The notes beneath the pieces were generated by a model. The model was given only the letters and a program-made list of their open reading frames with translations, searched no databases and was not told the origin of the DNA. The position numbers and the translations under genes were made by a program. DNA of 64,000 bases. It comes from an uncultured Verrucomicrobiae bacterium (GTDB taxonomy: Bacteria; Verrucomicrobiota; Verrucomicrobiia; Chthoniobacterales; JAFAMB01). This document shows, in pieces, positions 60,223 through 64,000 of the stretch. The stretch spans positions 416,001-480,000 of the forward strand of contig CAVXLD010000010.1 in the NCBI GenBank assembly GCA_963762565.1, read 5' to 3'. Each line of letters begins with the position of its first letter. Position 1 is the stretch's first letter.

Positions 60223-60626
60223 TGTGGCATAAGCCGAATTCTGTCTAGACGGTCTCTCTTGGAAGAGACCGGCCGGATGACCATTTGTCTCACCCCATAT
60301 TATTATAGGGCGTCCCGTCTTCCGGGATGCGACTATTACCCGAGAGCCCTCGGCAATGCCGAGCAGGAAGGCGTCTGACTCTCTGTTCTGTCTTGCACTG
60401 CAAGGGGTTTTTCAAGCGTTGCTCCTTACGGAAACAACCGGTGGGCTCTTACCCCGCCTTTTCACCCTTATCCCGCATACGCGAGACGGTCTATTTTCTG
60501 TGACACTATCCGTCAACCGTGGCTTTCGCCCTCGGTCGCCCGCGCTTTCGCACGGCATGCTGCCTTCATGTGTTCGGACTTTCCTCTGGATCCACAATCG
60601 GGGAACCAGCGGTCATCGACCACGCG
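60223..60626 (-). ncRNA. rnpB: RNase P RNA (type A)
   Basis: GAGGAAAGTCC near the 5' end; ACAGAAAA.AGACCG, GGTGAAA.GGCGGGGTAAGAGCCCACCG, 3' ACAGAATTCGGCTTA; P2 GATGACC/GGTCATC. Confidence 0.96.
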
Positions 60627-60673
60627 CGCAAGATAACCGAACCGGGTGGTTAACGCAATGATTTGCCAGGACT

Positions 60674-60874
60674 GGTGGGGCGAGGCTCCGGAGCTACCCA
60701 GCCGGTTTACCAGGGTTTATGATGTTTCGACACGATTAGGTCAAATAGGCCGATAGTCCGCCGAGCCGATCCCAGGGTAGGCCACGACTCACCAGGCGCT
60801 TCGTTCTCGGCCGAGTCCTCGAATCCCTATAAACCCTGATCAGTCTTTTAGGTCTTTCGGGACCTCGCCCCACC
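60674..60874. repeat. Family C hairpin (201 nt, degenerate apex)
   Basis: ggtggggcgaggctcc...gacctcgccccacc; arms cagggtttat/ataaaccctg. Confidence 0.82.
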
Positions 60875-60943
60875 AATGTCCGGTGACCGCCGGCCGCATC
60901 GCCCATTCGCCCTCACACCGCATCGCCCATTCGCCGTTTCGCC

Positions 60944-61243
60944 TTAAACCGTCCCACCCTGAGAAAAGACCTGGTCCAATTTCCTGGCCAAAGTGAAATC
61001 GTCCGACGTCAGGCCTCCGGCGGAATGGCTCGATAGCACCAGGCGCACTTTTTTCCACCGAATGTCGATGTCCGGGTGATGGTTGGCCCTTTCAGCTTCC
61101 TCGGCAACTCTGTCTACAAAGACAATGGCCAGTGGAAAGGTGGAAAACTCGAAGGTACGGGCAATCGTATTTTCTTCGAGCTGCCATTCCGGTACCTCTT
61201 GCAGCAACGTTTGAACGGCTTCCGGTTCAAGTAAGGCTGGCAT
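60944..61243 (-). CDS. phhB: Pterin-4-alpha-carbinolamine dehydratase
   Basis: AERANHHPDI, SHSAGGLT..DF.LA. Confidence 0.93.
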   Translation of the reverse strand: MPALLEPEAVQTLLQEVPEWQLEENTIARTFEFSTFPLAIVFVDRVAEEAERANHHPDIDIRWKKVRLVLSSHSAGGLTSDDFTLARKLDQVFSQGGTV

Positions 61244-61358
61244 ATTTCTCTCGTTTGCCTCTGGGTTTTTTAGCGATGCGTTGACTTAGTAACTTGAACG
61301 ACGCAGCGCTTCGTGTATCTAGACATCCCACCTCTCCCCGGGTAAACAATAGCCTAAC

Positions 61359-62333
61359 ATGCGAAATTCTGGCAGACTTTACGACAATATCGTCGATACC
61401 GTCGGCGGTACACCTCTGGTTAAGCTCAACCGTATCACTGCTGGAATTCAAGCCACTGTCGCAATCAAGTGCGAGTTCTTTAATGCGCTGGGAAGCGTGA
61501 AGGACCGCATCGGAAAGTCGATGATCGAAGCCGCTGAGCGGGAAGGCATTATTAATAAGGACACGACCATTGTTGAACCCACTAGCGGCAACACCGGCAT
61601 TGCGTTGGCATTCGTGTGCGCGGCTAAGGGCTACAATCTGATTTTGACCATGCCGGAAACAATGAGCATGGAACGGCGGACGCTCTTGGCCATGCTGGGC
61701 GCTAAATTGATATTGACCCCAGGGTCCGAAGGAATGAAAGGCTCCATTGCTAGAGCGGAAGAAATTCTCAAGACAACTCCGAATTCTTGGATGCCACAAC
61801 AGTTCAACAACCCCGCTAATCCAGAAGTTCATCGCTTAACTACGGCCGAGGAGATCTGGAACGATACGGATGGGAAAGTCGACATTCTGATTTCAGCGGT
61901 CGGCACCGGCGGCACGATTACCGGAGTGACTGAGGTCATCAAAAAACGTAAACCGTCCTTTAAAGCAATTGCTGTGGAGCCCAAAGATTCACAAGTGATC
62001 ACGCAGACGCTTAAAGGAGAACCTCTAAAGCCCGGGCCACACAAGATCCAAGGCACCGGGGCCGGCTTTGTACCTTCAAATTTGCACCTGGATATCGTAG
62101 ATGAGGTCATTACGGTATCTAACGAGGATTCGATTCTCATGGCGCGCAGGCTGGCAAAAGAGGAGGGTATTCTAGCCGGGATCAGTTCGGGCGCGAACGT
62201 GTGGGCGGCTCTGCAAGTCGCACAACGCCCGGAGAATCACGGGAAATTGATCGTCACGGTGGCTTGTTCCACCGGTGAACGGTACCTCAGCACAGCCCTC
62301 GCCGATGAAGCTCGCGGGGAAATCGGCGGCTAA
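61359..62333 (+). CDS. cysK: Cysteine synthase A
   Basis: [39 protein letters not shown]. Confidence 0.96.
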   Translation: MRNSGRLYDNIVDTVGGTPLVKLNRITAGIQATVAIKCEFFNALGSVKDRIGKSMIEAAEREGIINKDTTIVEPTSGNTGIALAFVCAAKGYNLILTMPETMSMERRTLLAMLGAKLILTPGSEGMKGSIARAEEILKTTPNSWMPQQFNNPANPEVHRLTTAEEIWNDTDGKVDILISAVGTGGTITGVTEVIKKRKPSFKAIAVEPKDSQVITQTLKGEPLKPGPHKIQGTGAGFVPSNLHLDIVDEVITVSNEDSILMARRLAKEEGILAGISSGANVWAALQVAQRPENHGKLIVTVACSTGERYLSTALADEARGEIGG

Positions 62334-62353
62334 GAAAGGTTTTAGAACTTTGC

Positions 62354-63160
62354 ATGTCCAGTGACCAACAGATATCAGTCCCGAGCTTAACGGCCGTCCA
62401 GGTCGAGCTCTTTTGGGCGCAGCACGGGAAAAAAGTCTTGATCGGAGCCGCCTTGGTACTCTTGATCTTAATCGGGATCGGCGCTTACCTGGGCTATCAA
62501 GCCGTCCGTAACTCCAGGGCAGACAAGGCGTTCGTCGGAGCTCATGATATTAAGGGCTGGGAATCGGTCATTCACCGGTATGCTGGAACACTCGCGGCCG
62601 GTAATGCCTATCTGGAAATCGCGGCAGCTCAGGCCGCCAGCGGTCAGTACAACGAATCTGACAAATCCTATCAGGCCTTCATTAAGGATTATTTGAGTCA
62701 CCCTCTTTTCGTAAACGGGCTTTTCGGACTAGCCTCAAATGCGGAAGCCGAAGGTAAATCTGACGAAGCTCTCAAGTACTACTCAGATATCTTTAGCAAC
62801 AGCAAGTACAGGTTGAGCTACCTGGCGCCGATGGCGGTTTATTACCATGGCAGGATCAGCGAGCGGAGCGGTAACCCAAAAGGAGCTCTCCAGGATTTCG
62901 AAGAACTGATTCAGGATTATCCGCAGAGTGTTATGGCCCTCACGGCGAGAAAAGATGCGGATCGACTAACTACTAAACTCGGCCTCAACGTTCAGGCGAA
63001 ACCAAGCCCAAGCGTTGCCGGCGCATCCGCCAGTCCTCAAGCCTCACCAAGCACTTCCCCTACCGCGCAGGGATCACCAAGTGTACAGGTTTCTCCAAGT
63101 GCCCAGGCATCGGCAACGCCTGTAGCAAGTGCAACTCCGAGATCCACTTTGGAGCCATAA
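62354..63160 (+). CDS. Membrane-anchored TPR protein (YfgM-like) with Ser/Pro tail
   Basis: Single N-terminal TM helix, TPR-like helices, low-complexity C-terminus. Confidence 0.75.
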   Translation: MSSDQQISVPSLTAVQVELFWAQHGKKVLIGAALVLLILIGIGAYLGYQAVRNSRADKAFVGAHDIKGWESVIHRYAGTLAAGNAYLEIAAAQAASGQYNESDKSYQAFIKDYLSHPLFVNGLFGLASNAEAEGKSDEALKYYSDIFSNSKYRLSYLAPMAVYYHGRISERSGNPKGALQDFEELIQDYPQSVMALTARKDADRLTTKLGLNVQAKPSPSVAGASASPQASPSTSPTAQGSPSVQVSPSAQASATPVASATPRSTLEP

Positions 63161-63208
63161 AGCCTGTATCGCTCAAAAATGCATATGCATTTTTGAGCGA
63201 TACAGGCT
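63161..63208. repeat. Perfect 48-bp palindrome between convergent stops (possible bidirectional terminator)
   Basis: agcctgtatcgctcaaaaatgcat|atgcatttttgagcgatacaggct. Confidence 0.9.
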
Positions 63209-64000
63209 AAATCGGCGCCAATGTGAAGTCAGTACCGGCGTCCGAATCATGGTCGGGCTCGTGGTGGTCCGCAGCTGGTTTCAACAGATCACCTTGAACC
63301 ATTGTTGATTGGCCGATCGTCAATTCACCTGAGAACTCACCACCGCGATCAACCAAAAAGCTTTTTGCATTAACCGTTCCCCGCAGCACGCCTCCTTTTT
63401 TCACCACTACCTTGCCGCTAGAGAGGATCCGACCCGACATCGTTCCCTCCACCTCAATAAGCTCACCCCGGAGAGGACGCACCAGCTCCACTTCAGTTTT
63501 CTTGTCGATTATTACGTGCTTGCTTTCGAGGCTGCCGCTCAGCTTGCCTCTAAGCCGGATCCGCAAAACAGTTGCGCAGATCAAACTGCCCCGCATGTGG
63601 CCCTGGATTTCAGCGGACTCGCAAATCGCACGATTACTGTTGAGATCACCTTTTGGGGTAATCACTAACGAACCGCGAGTTCGAATCGACCGGCTATAGG
63701 ACCCAACAATCTTGTAGTCCTGCAGATCGATGTAGGCCCCGCAGAGCGGACAGATAGTAGAAGTCGCGTTACGGCCAACCTCTCGTCGACCGTTGCATTC
63801 AAAGCACCGGGCGACAAACGTCCTTTGGACACCCAGCAGACCCTCTACCTTTTCAAAAAGGGTAGGTTCTTTAGGGCCAGCCGGCGATGGGCCAGGCACC
63901 CGGCCGCCTTTTGCGATTTGAATATACCCACTGCACTTACGGCAGTAGGTCGACTTCGCCAGCTCAGGCTCTAGCTGAATGTTACCGCAGTGAGGACATT
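63207..64000 (-). CDS. Bactofilin (polymer-forming cytoskeletal) protein with two N-terminal zinc ribbons; 5' end outside window
   Basis: Frame stays open to the window edge: CPHC-x14-CRKC...CFEC-x13-CPLC, then IxG/G.L beta-helix repeats ending GGEFSGELTI. Confidence 0.82.
   Translation of the reverse strand, partial: CPHCGNIQLEPELAKSTYCRKCSGYIQIAKGGRVPGPSPAGPKEPTLFEKVEGLLGVQRTFVARCFECNGRREVGRNATSTICPLCGAYIDLQDYKIVGSYSRSIRTRGSLVITPKGDLNSNRAICESAEIQGHMRGSLICATVLRIRLRGKLSGSLESKHVIIDKKTEVELVRPLRGELIEVEGTMSGRILSSGKVVVKKGGVLRGTVNAKSFLVDRGGEFSGELTIGQSTMVQGDLLKPAADHHEPDHDSDAGTDFTLAPI

Noticed and set aside
60356..60661. ORFs at 60151-60661
   Set aside because: They overlap the RNase P RNA gene.
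5227..60874. Integron attC cassette array
   Set aside because: Hairpins lack consistent RYYYAAC/GTTRRRY ends, flank housekeeping genes in both orientations, and no integrase is present.
61227..61832. 201-aa antisense ORF over cysK and similar shadow ORFs over fusA, secY and ribosomal genes
   Set aside because: Antisense shadows of well-conserved genes caused by codon bias.
1..64000. CRISPR array
   Set aside because: Repeats are dispersed inverted doublets or short tandem units, not regularly spaced direct repeats with unique spacers; no cas genes.

Overview
Bacterial chromosomal window, about 55% GC by eye. Gene order and protein style suggest a soil Verrucomicrobiota (Chthoniobacterales-like) genome; this is an inference. 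The right third (42.1-59.2 kb, minus strand) is the str-S10-spc-alpha ribosomal superoperon from rpsL to rpsD, lacking tuf, rpsN, rpmD and rpoA-rplQ at their usual positions. It is followed by an ACT protein, RNase P RNA, PhhB, CysK, a TPR protein and a zinc-ribbon bactofilin. The left two thirds hold housekeeping and accessory genes: dxs end, larB, patatin, hldD, ROK, coaX, hemB, MFS, U32, XylR, LysR, a RES-domain toxin-antitoxin pair, a 1770-aa kinase/AAA/GAF/His-kinase hybrid, EmrAB, a Tat-signal MmgE/PrpD protein, cyclophilin, CutA and DUF885. The most unusual signal is non-coding. Most intergenic spaces outside the ribosomal operon hold members of more than a dozen families of palindromic REP/REPIN/MITE-like elements. 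These include (i) ~208-nt hairpins with conserved ends and apex but unrelated, self-complementary arms, (ii) a ~61-nt mini-element inserted inside other repeats, with 0-, 1- and 2-insert alleles all present, (iii) nested composites, and (iv) copies translated in-frame inside genes or supplying stop codons. No transposase, RAYT, integrase, CRISPR array, tRNA or rRNA was recognised.
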